In this document: positions 18,920-28,434 of the stretch, piece after piece
Layout: every line of letters begins with the position of its first letter
Position numbering within the stretch: position 1 is the stretch's first letter
From: a virus
Lineage: Duplodnaviria; Caudoviricetes
Length of the DNA stretch: 60,788 bases
IMG/VR virus record: IMGVR_UViG_3300046169_000125
Location: 1 to 60,788 of that record
Direction: 5' to 3' (one strand)
Program-made: the position numbers and the translations under genes
Notes under the pieces: generated by a model
The model's database searches: none
Told to the model about the DNA's origin: nothing
The model's input: only the letters and a program-made list of their open reading frames with translations

Positions 18920-19821
18920 TGACCACTCCACTTTTAAGATTTGAAGATAGCAAGGTTGCTATTGGTGGAAAGAACTTATTTGCAGATAGCGCAGGTTTAT
19001 CTCTAGCTCCCGCGCTTGAGGTTGAAAGAGTTTATGGAGATTATGATGCAAACTTGGCGGGAGCAAAAACTCAATTTGTAAATTTTTCACCAACCAACGG
19101 GCTAAAAGGTAAATTAGATGTTTCTTTTTTTATATCCGCCGAACAATTTGCACATGGAGGAAATCCTAATACGATACATAGAATGTTTGAAATTGCAGAA
19201 GGTATGAGCGAGGTCCCTATTCATCAAAATAGAGTTGGTCGATATGCTTTTGATAATATGTATCTTACTTCATTTACTTTTGATATGAGTCCTTTTCAAA
19301 TTATAAAAGCTAGTGCAAGTTATGATATATATGGAAGTGTTAATAAGGTAATAGATACAAGATTCAGTAAAAGTCAAATTGATTTCGCGCACTCATTAAA
19401 GTCATTTGGAGGATTGTCCGCAACAGGAATAACTGATGAGGAGTTTGAGATATCTAGTTTGAACTATAATATAATTGTTGGGCGAAAAGTTTATAATCAT
19501 ATCAGGGGTAATGAAGGCACAATTGTAAATACCTCTCCGAATGGAGTGGTTCCTGTTAGAGTTTCTGTAGAAAATATCGAAAAAGAAATGACTATAGGAT
19601 GCAGTGAAATGCTTGAAAATTTAAACGCATACGGTGATAAACAAGATTCAATGACTTCATCAGGGCTTCCAGATTCTAAAATTGAAGCGTTTCTCTTATC
19701 TATGCAGGGTGATAGAATAGCTAGATTTTCTGCGTCAGGTAAGATACAGTCTGAATCTATGAGTATTGCAGAGGGAAAACATGCTGATGGAAAAATAACA
19801 ATAAAAGAAATAGTTAAATGA
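18919..19821 (+). CDS. Minor tail protein (probable tube-fold paralogue)
   Basis: Post-TMP position; NMYLTSFTFDMSP, ISSLNYNI, GKIQSESMSI beta patterns. Confidence 0.55.
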   Translation: MTTPLLRFEDSKVAIGGKNLFADSAGLSLAPALEVERVYGDYDANLAGAKTQFVNFSPTNGLKGKLDVSFFISAEQFAHGGNPNTIHRMFEIAEGMSEVPIHQNRVGRYAFDNMYLTSFTFDMSPFQIIKASASYDIYGSVNKVIDTRFSKSQIDFAHSLKSFGGLSATGITDEEFEISSLNYNIIVGRKVYNHIRGNEGTIVNTSPNGVVPVRVSVENIEKEMTIGCSEMLENLNAYGDKQDSMTSSGLPDSKIEAFLLSMQGDRIARFSASGKIQSESMSIAEGKHADGKITIKEIVK

Positions 19822-22112
19822 TAGATAATTCAAACATATTTAGTTCTGAATATTTAACTAACACTTCTAATTATAGCGGTGTATTCCAAACTGGAACAAG
19901 TTATAAAAAATTTGATTTTGTTCATGATACTGGAGATGGATTGTTTTATTATGCTAAAGAGAATGTTGTATATGGAGGAGGCGCGCAAATATCTGGGGCG
20001 AATCGATTGACTTTAGTTCCTGGCGGGTCATACACAAGTGAGGGTGATGCTCATTTTATAGTTGACACGCAAAATCAATTAGAGAATTTAGGAGCTTCTT
20101 TTGAGGTTGGACAGATTGTTTCTCTGCAAGGTTCAACTGGCACAAATGATGGAACCTATAAAATACTATCCATAGAGAAAGATTTATTGTCTGTAAATTA
20201 TGACAATTCAATTACTGGATCCTCGATGACAGTTATTGGGTTAAATAATAATGATTCAATCGACACTTTGGAGGTTGCGAGTGCAAACATATTGAGTTTA
20301 TCTGAAATAAATATATCTCCTGGAGATAATGATACGGTTTGGTCTAGAGATTCGTTTTTCTTTGACGCAGATTACGGAAGCAATGTAAGTTTTAAGGCAA
20401 ACAATCATAAATATCAATATGGAAATGGATATTACATACTTCAACCAAAAAACATTAATAGCCTGAGTATTGAAGTTAATTTAAAATTTAAAAATCGAAC
20501 AAATAGAGAATCAAATGCAATAGTTCACTTTTTAGAAAATCATCAAGGGCAACAAGAGCAGATAAATATTTCTCCAAATTTAATATATAGTCAGGGTATA
20601 TCAGGTTTTCGGTGGGACGAATCTTCAACCTTTCACCCCTATGCTTCAATAGGACTTCAGGCAAAAAGGTTTACCTGTGGCGAATGGAATCATAGTTTAA
20701 ATTTTGAAAACAGTAATGATATAGAAGTTAAGCTGAGAAATTTGGATTCATCTATCCTTCAAAAAACAAGCGGTTTGTTTGTATCTCCTATAGAGGCATA
20801 TTCTGATTCTAGAACTTACGAGAAAAATGATGCGGTGTATAGCACGGGTAATAAGCGTCATTATTATTGGAGTGGTGATTCCAGTTTGAGTGGATTTGCT
20901 CCGTCACAAAATAGATCTGAGTGGAGTAGAGCCGGGGGTTTTTATCAGGATATAAACACGCAGTATTGGACGCGCGATTTTTTCTGGAAACCCTCCCTTG
21001 GTTTGAGCGTGAGTCAAAAACCAAGAATGCAGGATATCGGTGTTGGCGATGCATATATACAAATATTTAACGATGGAATTAATGAAAGTTTACTGACTCT
21101 TGATTTGGATTTTAATAATCGCAATGATTCTGAAGCGAGATCTATTATTCATTTTTTAGAGCAACATTATGGTTGCGTACCTTTCGGTTTTACTCCTCCG
21201 GCACCCTACGAAACAAGGCAAAATTTTGTATGTCAAGAATGGAGCCATTCTTATAATTTTAAAGGTAATCATAGTATAAGTGCTAAGTTTGAGCAATACC
21301 CCTTTAATTTAGAGGGTCAACAATATGATTCTATTAATCCCGTTCCTTTTATTAATACTGGAGAGCTAATATTTACTTCGCCTTTTATTATGAGAAGTCA
21401 AGATTCACAAGAGCGGTTATCAATATATAATCCGTTTAGATCTAAGTTCCTGTTGAAAAATATTGGTGATACCCCTATCGATTTAAGTTATTGCTCTATA
21501 TCCGGCAGAGAGAATCTACAATTTTCAATTCTAGGTCAAGAAAATAATGATGTACCAATGGTTTCAAAAAATTTAGTTGCTAGTGATTATGAATACACTC
21601 TACCTTTACAAGGAACGCTTCCAGCAGAATCAGGATTAAGCAATAGTTCTTCCACAATCGATTTGCACGGAGCTAATATTAGACTTAGGAAGGGGTTTTT
21701 GGGGGGAGATGAGGGCGGGTATATTTTTGAGCTTCAAGACAAAACAAGATCATTTATTCAATATAATGATGGACTAATCCGCGATCTTGGTAATGCCGAT
21801 TATATGCTGCAAACTAATTATTTTATAAATTATGACTTTATTACTGGGAATAAAACAAGCATTTTAAATGCGCAGGAGTCTTCTGATATAGAAATTATTT
21901 ACCAAGGTGCAGATGAAAGTGATTTATTTTGTAACTTACTTGATATAGACGGAGACAATTTGATTTATATGACCGACACCAATCCAAGTACTGAAGGTGG
22001 GAACATATTATTAAAAGAAGCTAGTAGATATTATGAGCAGGAAATATTAATAAGTGGAAATTATTTAAATAGCCCAAAATCTGGAGATGTGAGAATATAC
22101 CTAAATATATAA
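19818..22112 (+). CDS. Minor tail protein with two lambda gpM-like (distal tail) domains
   Basis: Two copies of G.gY....p..IN...L.F.NR...E...I.HFLE.H.G...F.C.EW; immediately before gpL. Confidence 0.75.
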   Translation: MIDNSNIFSSEYLTNTSNYSGVFQTGTSYKKFDFVHDTGDGLFYYAKENVVYGGGAQISGANRLTLVPGGSYTSEGDAHFIVDTQNQLENLGASFEVGQIVSLQGSTGTNDGTYKILSIEKDLLSVNYDNSITGSSMTVIGLNNNDSIDTLEVASANILSLSEINISPGDNDTVWSRDSFFFDADYGSNVSFKANNHKYQYGNGYYILQPKNINSLSIEVNLKFKNRTNRESNAIVHFLENHQGQQEQINISPNLIYSQGISGFRWDESSTFHPYASIGLQAKRFTCGEWNHSLNFENSNDIEVKLRNLDSSILQKTSGLFVSPIEAYSDSRTYEKNDAVYSTGNKRHYYWSGDSSLSGFAPSQNRSEWSRAGGFYQDINTQYWTRDFFWKPSLGLSVSQKPRMQDIGVGDAYIQIFNDGINESLLTLDLDFNNRNDSEARSIIHFLEQHYGCVPFGFTPPAPYETRQNFVCQEWSHSYNFKGNHSISAKFEQYPFNLEGQQYDSINPVPFINTGELIFTSPFIMRSQDSQERLSIYNPFRSKFLLKNIGDTPIDLSYCSISGRENLQFSILGQENNDVPMVSKNLVASDYEYTLPLQGTLPAESGLSNSSSTIDLHGANIRLRKGFLGGDEGGYIFELQDKTRSFIQYNDGLIRDLGNADYMLQTNYFINYDFITGNKTSILNAQESSDIEIIYQGADESDLFCNLLDIDGDNLIYMTDTNPSTEGGNILLKEASRYYEQEILISGNYLNSPKSGDVRIYLNI

Positions 22113-22113
22113 A

Positions 22114-23214
22114 ATGAGTAGCCAGTCAGCAAATATAAATAAACAACTAGTTTCTTTGGTTCCTGATTCCTTAATTGATTTATATGAGATTGATTTTAGT
22201 AATCTGCAATCTAATTTTGAGGAATTAAAGAATTTGTATGATATAAATTTAGGGGTTGATACAGTATATCGATTTTGCCCTATGAAAAATGGAGTTAATC
22301 CTATTATTTGGCAAGGATTTTCTTATCAACCTTTACCTATTAGAACTGATGGTTTTGAGTCTCAATCAGACGGAAAACTTCCTAGGCCAACTTTAACTCT
22401 CGCAAACCCTGAGGGGTTATTTTCTAAAATTTTAAAATCAAATCAAGATTTTGCGAACTGCAAGGTAGTGAGAAAAAGGACATATGCAAGATTTCTTGAT
22501 GAGGTAAATTTTCAGGGAGGCGTAAATCCTTTTGGTTCGTCTAGCGAAAGTTCTTATCTGCCTGACGATGTTTTTTATATCAATAATAAAAAAATAGAAA
22601 ATAAAAAAGTTATTGAATTGGAGCTAGTATCTGCTCTAGAACTCGAGGATTCTTTTATTCCTGCAAGGGTAGTTTTGTCTGGTTATTGCAATTTTACCTA
22701 TAGATGCAGTATTGGTTGTGGATATAAAGGTTTACCGATTGAGACGTCAGAAGGAAAAAGTTTAATCAAAGGTTTTGCTGTTAACAAAGAGAAAATTGGA
22801 GATCAATATGACACTGGTATTGTAGATGCTTCGATCTATGGTGGAAATATAAGTAATGTGGATTATTGGAACAAATATGGGAAAGACGGAAACTACCAAA
22901 GTTTATCTGGTTATCAATTGGGGGATGTTGTTAAGATTGTTCCAACAAATGCAAACAATCCATATAAATCTACTCCGCATATTTTTGTTTGCATTCAAAA
23001 GCATGAAGACGCATCAAGATATCATCCATTTTTCTCAAAAGAATATTGGCTTAAGGATTCATGCTCTAAAACAATTGAGTCATGCAAAAAAAGGTTTACC
23101 TTAAAAAAGGATCCGATAACAGGTCAAGATCTAACACCCTACAATGAAAGCCTGAAAGCAAGAGGTTTGAGATTTGGAGGTTTTCCGGGAACAGAAAGGT
23201 ATCCAATTGAATGA
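22114..23214 (+). CDS. Phage minor tail protein L-like
   Basis: IDLYEID, WQGFSYQPLP, GKLPRPTL, RKRTYARFLD, C...YR...CGY, CSK....CKKRF, FGGFPG. Confidence 0.9.
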   Translation: MSSQSANINKQLVSLVPDSLIDLYEIDFSNLQSNFEELKNLYDINLGVDTVYRFCPMKNGVNPIIWQGFSYQPLPIRTDGFESQSDGKLPRPTLTLANPEGLFSKILKSNQDFANCKVVRKRTYARFLDEVNFQGGVNPFGSSSESSYLPDDVFYINNKKIENKKVIELELVSALELEDSFIPARVVLSGYCNFTYRCSIGCGYKGLPIETSEGKSLIKGFAVNKEKIGDQYDTGIVDASIYGGNISNVDYWNKYGKDGNYQSLSGYQLGDVVKIVPTNANNPYKSTPHIFVCIQKHEDASRYHPFFSKEYWLKDSCSKTIESCKKRFTLKKDPITGQDLTPYNESLKARGLRFGGFPGTERYPIE

Positions 23215-23539
23215 AATAAACAAAACAATACTTGATGAAATTAGAAAATATTGCCGGAAATTTAAAAAACAGGAATCTTGTGGGGTGGTTTATTTTGATA
23301 ATTCTACTTTATATTTTTTGCCATGTGAAAATATAAGCAGGTCTCCCGAGTATTATTTTTTAATAGACCCTGTAATTTTAATAGATTATGATGTACAATA
23401 TATTGTGCATTCTCATGTAATAGGATCATCTCAGCCAAGCGAAAATGATATCAATAGTTCGAACGAATTATGTATACCTTATTTGATATATAGCTTGAGA
23501 GACAATGACTTTTTCCTGTATGAAAATATAGGTGTATAA
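23174..23539 (+). CDS. Tail tip protein K-like, JAB/MPN domain only (start probably TTG 23207)
   Basis: ESCG, PCENIS, IVHSH...PSEND, PYLIYS; no NlpC/P60 domain. Confidence 0.85.
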   Translation: MEVFREQKGIQLNEINKTILDEIRKYCRKFKKQESCGVVYFDNSTLYFLPCENISRSPEYYFLIDPVILIDYDVQYIVHSHVIGSSQPSENDINSSNELCIPYLIYSLRDNDFFLYENIGV

Positions 23540-23557
23540 ACTATAAAAGGTTTAAGG
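23532..23557 (+). promoter_or_regulatory. Putative late promoter GTGTATAA plus AAGGTTTAAGG leader motif
   Basis: Motif 30 nt before GTG 23562; tandem AAGG ends 4 nt before the start. Confidence 0.6.
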
Positions 23558-23561
23558 TAAA

Positions 23562-26500
23562 GTGAAAACGGTATATCTACATGGAGAGCTAGGCAAACGC
23601 TTTGGTAAAAAGTGGGAACTTGCTGTGAACAATATCGAGGAGGCGTTTTCTGCTATAGAGGCAAATTGCGAAGGATTTTTTAATTATGTGTACAAGTCTT
23701 CAGCTAAAGGTATTGATTATATTATACTCACAAAAGATCCAAAATCTATAAAAGATAAGGATGATTTACGCGAAAATATAATTGATGAAAAATTATCGAA
23801 AGTAAATTCAAAACAAAAAGAAATACATCTTTTGAGTCCTGTTGGTGGGTCTGCTGTTTTTGGGGTTGGTGGATCTCTTGCGTTGTTAAAGGTAGGGGGA
23901 GGTTTAACGACTCTTGGTATGGTTGTTGCTTCTGTGGCAATATCTTTTGCAATGCAAGCTTTGACTAAACCGCCAAAGCCACCCCAGCGAAAAGATTCAA
24001 TAAGTACAAAATCATTTTTAATTTCAGGAGGTATAACTAGGCAAGCTCAAGGAATAGCTGTTCCTTTGGGTTATGGGCGTTTAAAAATTGGCCCAACAAA
24101 CATCGCATCAAAAAAAAGTAGTAAAAAACTGTCTAAATATAATTCTGGAAGTTCGGCAACTTTGGAAAGTTATACAGAGTCAGAGTTTATAGACTTACTT
24201 TCCGAAGGTCCGATACATGGCTTTGTTGATCAATACGGAGTAACTCTGCCCGCTGATGATGTTTTTGAGGGAATATACTTAAATGATGTACAGGTAAGAA
24301 ACTCGGCCTCCCCGGGAGAACAGGTTGGTACATATAATTATATATTAAATGAAAATCAAAAAAATTCTCAAGGTAGGCCTAAATATAAAATTGGATCAGA
24401 CGAAGAGAGTATAATATTGACCAAAGGTGTGTTTCACGTAAGGGAATACGACGTTATATTGTATGGACCTAGTCCATATACCACAGCTGATACAGCAAAC
24501 GAAGCTATAGAAAAGGGTTCGAAGGTAGCGTCTCATTTTGTTTCAAATTCATCAGTAGATGAAATAACTATTTCGATTCGCACAGAATTATATGTACAGA
24601 ATATGGAGACGGGGGGAATGAATTCAAATACTGTTTTGTTTGCGATTTTAGTTTCAAGAGGCAATAAAGATTTTAATATTCTTGAGCCTGAATCTGGGTG
24701 TATAATGATTACAAAAAAAGGTGATGGCCTCAGTTGGGATGAAGGCATCAACAGATTTGAAATGTCAGGAATTGCTACCTCTACTTATCAATTTGATATA
24801 AGCTTTAAGGTCGATAGAAATTTAGATATTTCTGACGCTAGTGGAGGAATAACTTTTAAGATAATTAAAATTTCTCCTGAATACGATCCCTCTGTTAAGG
24901 GTAGTTCTGGGGGTGTAGGAAGGGTAAGGTCTATTCAATTGTCACATGTAGAGGAAAAAATAAGTGAAAATTTAATATATCCACATAGTGCTATGGTTAA
25001 AATATTAGTTGATAGTAAAAACTTTTCAAGTATACCTGATCGATCATATCACTTGAAGTTGAAGAAGGTTGTTATTCCTGATAATTATGATCCGATATCC
25101 AGAAAGTATACCGGACCTTGGAATGGACTATTTAAGGGTCAGTTGCACGGAAATATGTCTGTACATTCAATAGCTGATTCAGATAAATATTGGACGGATA
25201 ATCCTGCTTGGATATTTTTTGATTTATTGTATAACGCTAGATATGGAGTGGGTAAATATGGACTCGAGGAGGAGAATGTTGATAAGTGGCAATTATATAA
25301 AATTGCAAAATACTGTGATGAGCTTGTAGAGACTGATTACCCTATTGAGACTGAAAATGGTCAACCGATTGCATTTACATGTTTAAATAATTTGAATGAA
25401 TCTGTTGAACCTAATCAATTACAAATTAAAATAAAATATAGTGAAACAGAAATAATAGCTCCAACCCCTGAACCTCCAAGCTATGATCATAGTACATACG
25501 AGGTTATTAATGGAAATTATACGTACTCACAAGCCAAAGCAGATGCAATATCTAGAGGTGGAAGACTTGCTATTATAAGAAATGCTCAAGAAAGTCAACA
25601 GGTAATTACCGCCTACAACTCCGGCATTTCGCACGGATTGGGAAGTTTTTACCGTGCATGGATTGGTTTGGAGCAGGTTGGTTTGGATAATTCAAGCTGG
25701 ACTTGGTCAGACGGTTCAAGTTTAACTTATACAAATTGGGGGGGGAATAACCCAAATAACGATTCGGAAACTAGGGGTTTAATTGGTTGGGATGGGAAAC
25801 ATAGAACAACATGGAATGATGCACAGTCATCCACGGTAGCTTCTTATATACTTGAAAAAAAGGGTGTGGATGTTAATAATCCAACACCAACCCTACTACA
25901 ATTAAATAAAGAAAAATTTATTTCTAAATTCGGCGAAGGTAACTCACTTAAGGGTAAAAAGGTGGCATTTTTTATACCAAAAACATCCAGCTCTCTTACA
26001 GAGGAGTCTTTGATCGAAAAAGCTGTTGCTAGAGAAGGTAAAATGAAAATTGAAGAAAGAATGATTTTAAGTTCAGACCCGTCAACATTTAGTGTGATTG
26101 TTTCTGGGCCAAAAATAGAGGATAATAAAGGTTCGTTTGATTTTGTAGTTGGTGCATGCGCTGTCCAATTAAACCACCCTGTAGTTGAACCTAGATTCAC
26201 TGCAAATTTATACCTAACTGACAGAGCAGAGGCTTTAGAGGTTATTAAAAATTTAGCATCAATGTTTCGCGGAATATCTGCATACTCTGCCGGTAAAATA
26301 TTGGCAATTCAAGATTCTCAGAAAAAACCAATACAACTTTTTAATAATTCAAATGTCGATAACAACGGTTTTATTTATATGGGTGTGCAGAAAAACAAGA
26401 GGATTACAGCCTCTTTAGTGAGGTTTAATAATTCTGTAAAAAATTATAAGCCCGATTTAGTTTATGAAGAAGATTCCGAAGCTATACAAAAATTTGGCTA

Positions 26501-28430
26501 CATAGAGAATGAAACAATGGCCCTTGGTGTAACTTCTGAAAGTCAAGCCCGCAGATTTGCAAAATGGATACTTCTTACGTCTCAATTTGAAACCGAAACA
26601 ATAACCTTTAACACTGGTCAAGAAGCTTCTTATCTGTTTCCTGGGTGCATATTTGAAGTTTCTGACGAGTTAAGAGCTGGACAAACAAAAAGTGGTAGGA
26701 TTTTGGATATCGCTCCTTCTCGAAAACTCGAAATAAATGGAGTACAGTATACTCACAATGACCCGTATATACTTATAGATAAATCTGTTAAAGATGATCC
26801 TGTATTATCAAGGGTGGAACTTACGGTTTGTGTAGGGCTAGAAAATTCAAATCAAGAAAACTTAGACTTAAGAGCTCCATCAGAGGCTTCTCAGGAAGAT
26901 CAGGATCAAGAAATTGAATCGATTTTTACACCTCAAATTTATAAGTTTGATGCGTTATTGAAAGAATCTGATAATATTAAAAAGGGACCAAGGGGACAAA
27001 AAACGATTGCTTGCGAATTATTGCTTAAAATACCATTGGAGATTGACCTTGCAAAAAATAGAATAAAAAAATATAACCATAATTTTGATTCTGGTGAAAA
27101 AATAATTTTAAGAAGCGAAGGTGTTCTTCCTGGCGGTTTACAAGAAGACAGGGTATACTTTGTTGTTAATAAAACAAAAAATACATTTCAAATATCACTT
27201 GATGACCCGTCTTCCGTGCCCCAGTATCAGGTTGTTAATATAATTGATGAAGGAAAAGATTTTCTTGGTGTTGATGGAGGGGATCATTATTTTTGTCCGT
27301 TTTCCATACTTGGTGTTAATAATGTAAGAACACGAGAGGCGTTAGATCAAGTATCTATAGGCTCCAGTTATTCAATAAAAGGTCTAATTGGCGCTTCTTC
27401 CAAGGGGGGATTGGGTTATCAAAACTTAATACAAAACCTTGAAATAGAGGGTTCGTTAACTGATGGTTGGGGAGTCTCTTCGATATTTGGATATATAAAT
27501 ATCGAAAATAATGACGGTTGGGTGTATTCTGTTCAGTTAAATGAGTGGATTTTTCTTAAAAATAAAATAGAGAATAATTCTGGTTGGTTCTATTTAGATT
27601 CTTTGGGTTGGATTTACTTGAAGAGTGATGGAGATAATTATTTGTGGTATATATCTTCACAGGATGAATGGGTTCGCTCTGAAAAATATTCTAATAAGTT
27701 TTATAGATTTCAGCAATCTACAAGTGGCATATCTAGTGGAGACTCAAAAAAAATAAATAACAAGACAATATTTGTTAAGAACATATTTTCTAATCACGGT
27801 TACTTCTTTTCGTTTCTTGAAAACTCTTCAGATATTACTTCAACTAATCCAAGTTCATCGTTTAATACTACTATATCTGAAGTTAATCCAGGAATGAGTT
27901 CATCAATTATTTCTGACGTAATATCAGTTACTTCAGAGGAGTCTTTACAAGGTCAGGACTCAATAAGAATAATATTTCAATCCGGGCACGGGCTAGATTT
28001 AAGGAGTAATAATATTGTTAATATATCAGGTTTTTCTAGCGATAATTCTGCTCTTAACTCCCATATAAATCAACAAGGTATTGGTACTATATTTATTAAT
28101 TCAACCGTGATAGAGTTAGTAAACTCAAATTCTGCCGCGACCTTAATCGGTTCTTCTACGATTTCTTCAAAAGGTACATTAAGTTTCATTAACTCGGCGA
28201 AAAGTAAAGTAGAAAGAATGCTTGAATCTCAATTATTTAGAGCAGTAAGCGTAAAAGAATTGTCAGAAAATAAATATGAAGTTGTTGGTTTAGAATATAA
28301 TAGTAGTAAATTTAATGCTGTAGATAAAAAAGGCGCAATTAAGAAACCTCATTTGCCTATTCCCCCACAAGCAGATATTGCTGCCCCAACTGCCCCAGCC
28401 GGATTAACGTTGAATAATTTAACCTTGTAA
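23562..28430 (+). CDS. Tail tip / host specificity protein: gpI-gpJ fusion with C-type lectin insert
   Basis: N-term VYLHGELGKRFG (gpI-like); VPLGYGR, LSEGPI, YPHSA, WTDNPAW, YCDELV, EPRFTAN, SESQARRFAKW (gpJ); CTL motifs WIGL, W.DGS, YTNW, WND. Confidence 0.92.
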   Translation: MKTVYLHGELGKRFGKKWELAVNNIEEAFSAIEANCEGFFNYVYKSSAKGIDYIILTKDPKSIKDKDDLRENIIDEKLSKVNSKQKEIHLLSPVGGSAVFGVGGSLALLKVGGGLTTLGMVVASVAISFAMQALTKPPKPPQRKDSISTKSFLISGGITRQAQGIAVPLGYGRLKIGPTNIASKKSSKKLSKYNSGSSATLESYTESEFIDLLSEGPIHGFVDQYGVTLPADDVFEGIYLNDVQVRNSASPGEQVGTYNYILNENQKNSQGRPKYKIGSDEESIILTKGVFHVREYDVILYGPSPYTTADTANEAIEKGSKVASHFVSNSSVDEITISIRTELYVQNMETGGMNSNTVLFAILVSRGNKDFNILEPESGCIMITKKGDGLSWDEGINRFEMSGIATSTYQFDISFKVDRNLDISDASGGITFKIIKISPEYDPSVKGSSGGVGRVRSIQLSHVEEKISENLIYPHSAMVKILVDSKNFSSIPDRSYHLKLKKVVIPDNYDPISRKYTGPWNGLFKGQLHGNMSVHSIADSDKYWTDNPAWIFFDLLYNARYGVGKYGLEEENVDKWQLYKIAKYCDELVETDYPIETENGQPIAFTCLNNLNESVEPNQLQIKIKYSETEIIAPTPEPPSYDHSTYEVINGNYTYSQAKADAISRGGRLAIIRNAQESQQVITAYNSGISHGLGSFYRAWIGLEQVGLDNSSWTWSDGSSLTYTNWGGNNPNNDSETRGLIGWDGKHRTTWNDAQSSTVASYILEKKGVDVNNPTPTLLQLNKEKFISKFGEGNSLKGKKVAFFIPKTSSSLTEESLIEKAVAREGKMKIEERMILSSDPSTFSVIVSGPKIEDNKGSFDFVVGACAVQLNHPVVEPRFTANLYLTDRAEALEVIKNLASMFRGISAYSAGKILAIQDSQKKPIQLFNNSNVDNNGFIYMGVQKNKRITASLVRFNNSVKNYKPDLVYEEDSEAIQKFGYIENETMALGVTSESQARRFAKWILLTSQFETETITFNTGQEASYLFPGCIFEVSDELRAGQTKSGRILDIAPSRKLEINGVQYTHNDPYILIDKSVKDDPVLSRVELTVCVGLENSNQENLDLRAPSEASQEDQDQEIESIFTPQIYKFDALLKESDNIKKGPRGQKTIACELLLKIPLEIDLAKNRIKKYNHNFDSGEKIILRSEGVLPGGLQEDRVYFVVNKTKNTFQISLDDPSSVPQYQVVNIIDEGKDFLGVDGGDHYFCPFSILGVNNVRTREALDQVSIGSSYSIKGLIGASSKGGLGYQNLIQNLEIEGSLTDGWGVSSIFGYINIENNDGWVYSVQLNEWIFLKNKIENNSGWFYLDSLGWIYLKSDGDNYLWYISSQDEWVRSEKYSNKFYRFQQSTSGISSGDSKKINNKTIFVKNIFSNHGYFFSFLENSSDITSTNPSSSFNTTISEVNPGMSSSIISDVISVTSEESLQGQDSIRIIFQSGHGLDLRSNNIVNISGFSSDNSALNSHINQQGIGTIFINSTVIELVNSNSAATLIGSSTISSKGTLSFINSAKSKVERMLESQLFRAVSVKELSENKYEVVGLEYNSSKFNAVDKKGAIKKPHLPIPPQADIAAPTAPAGLTLNNLTL

Positions 28431-28434
28431 GGAA

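Noticed and set aside
25497-25860. C-type lectin as a diversity-generating retroelement target
   Set aside because: Domain is internal; no template repeat or reverse transcriptase in the window
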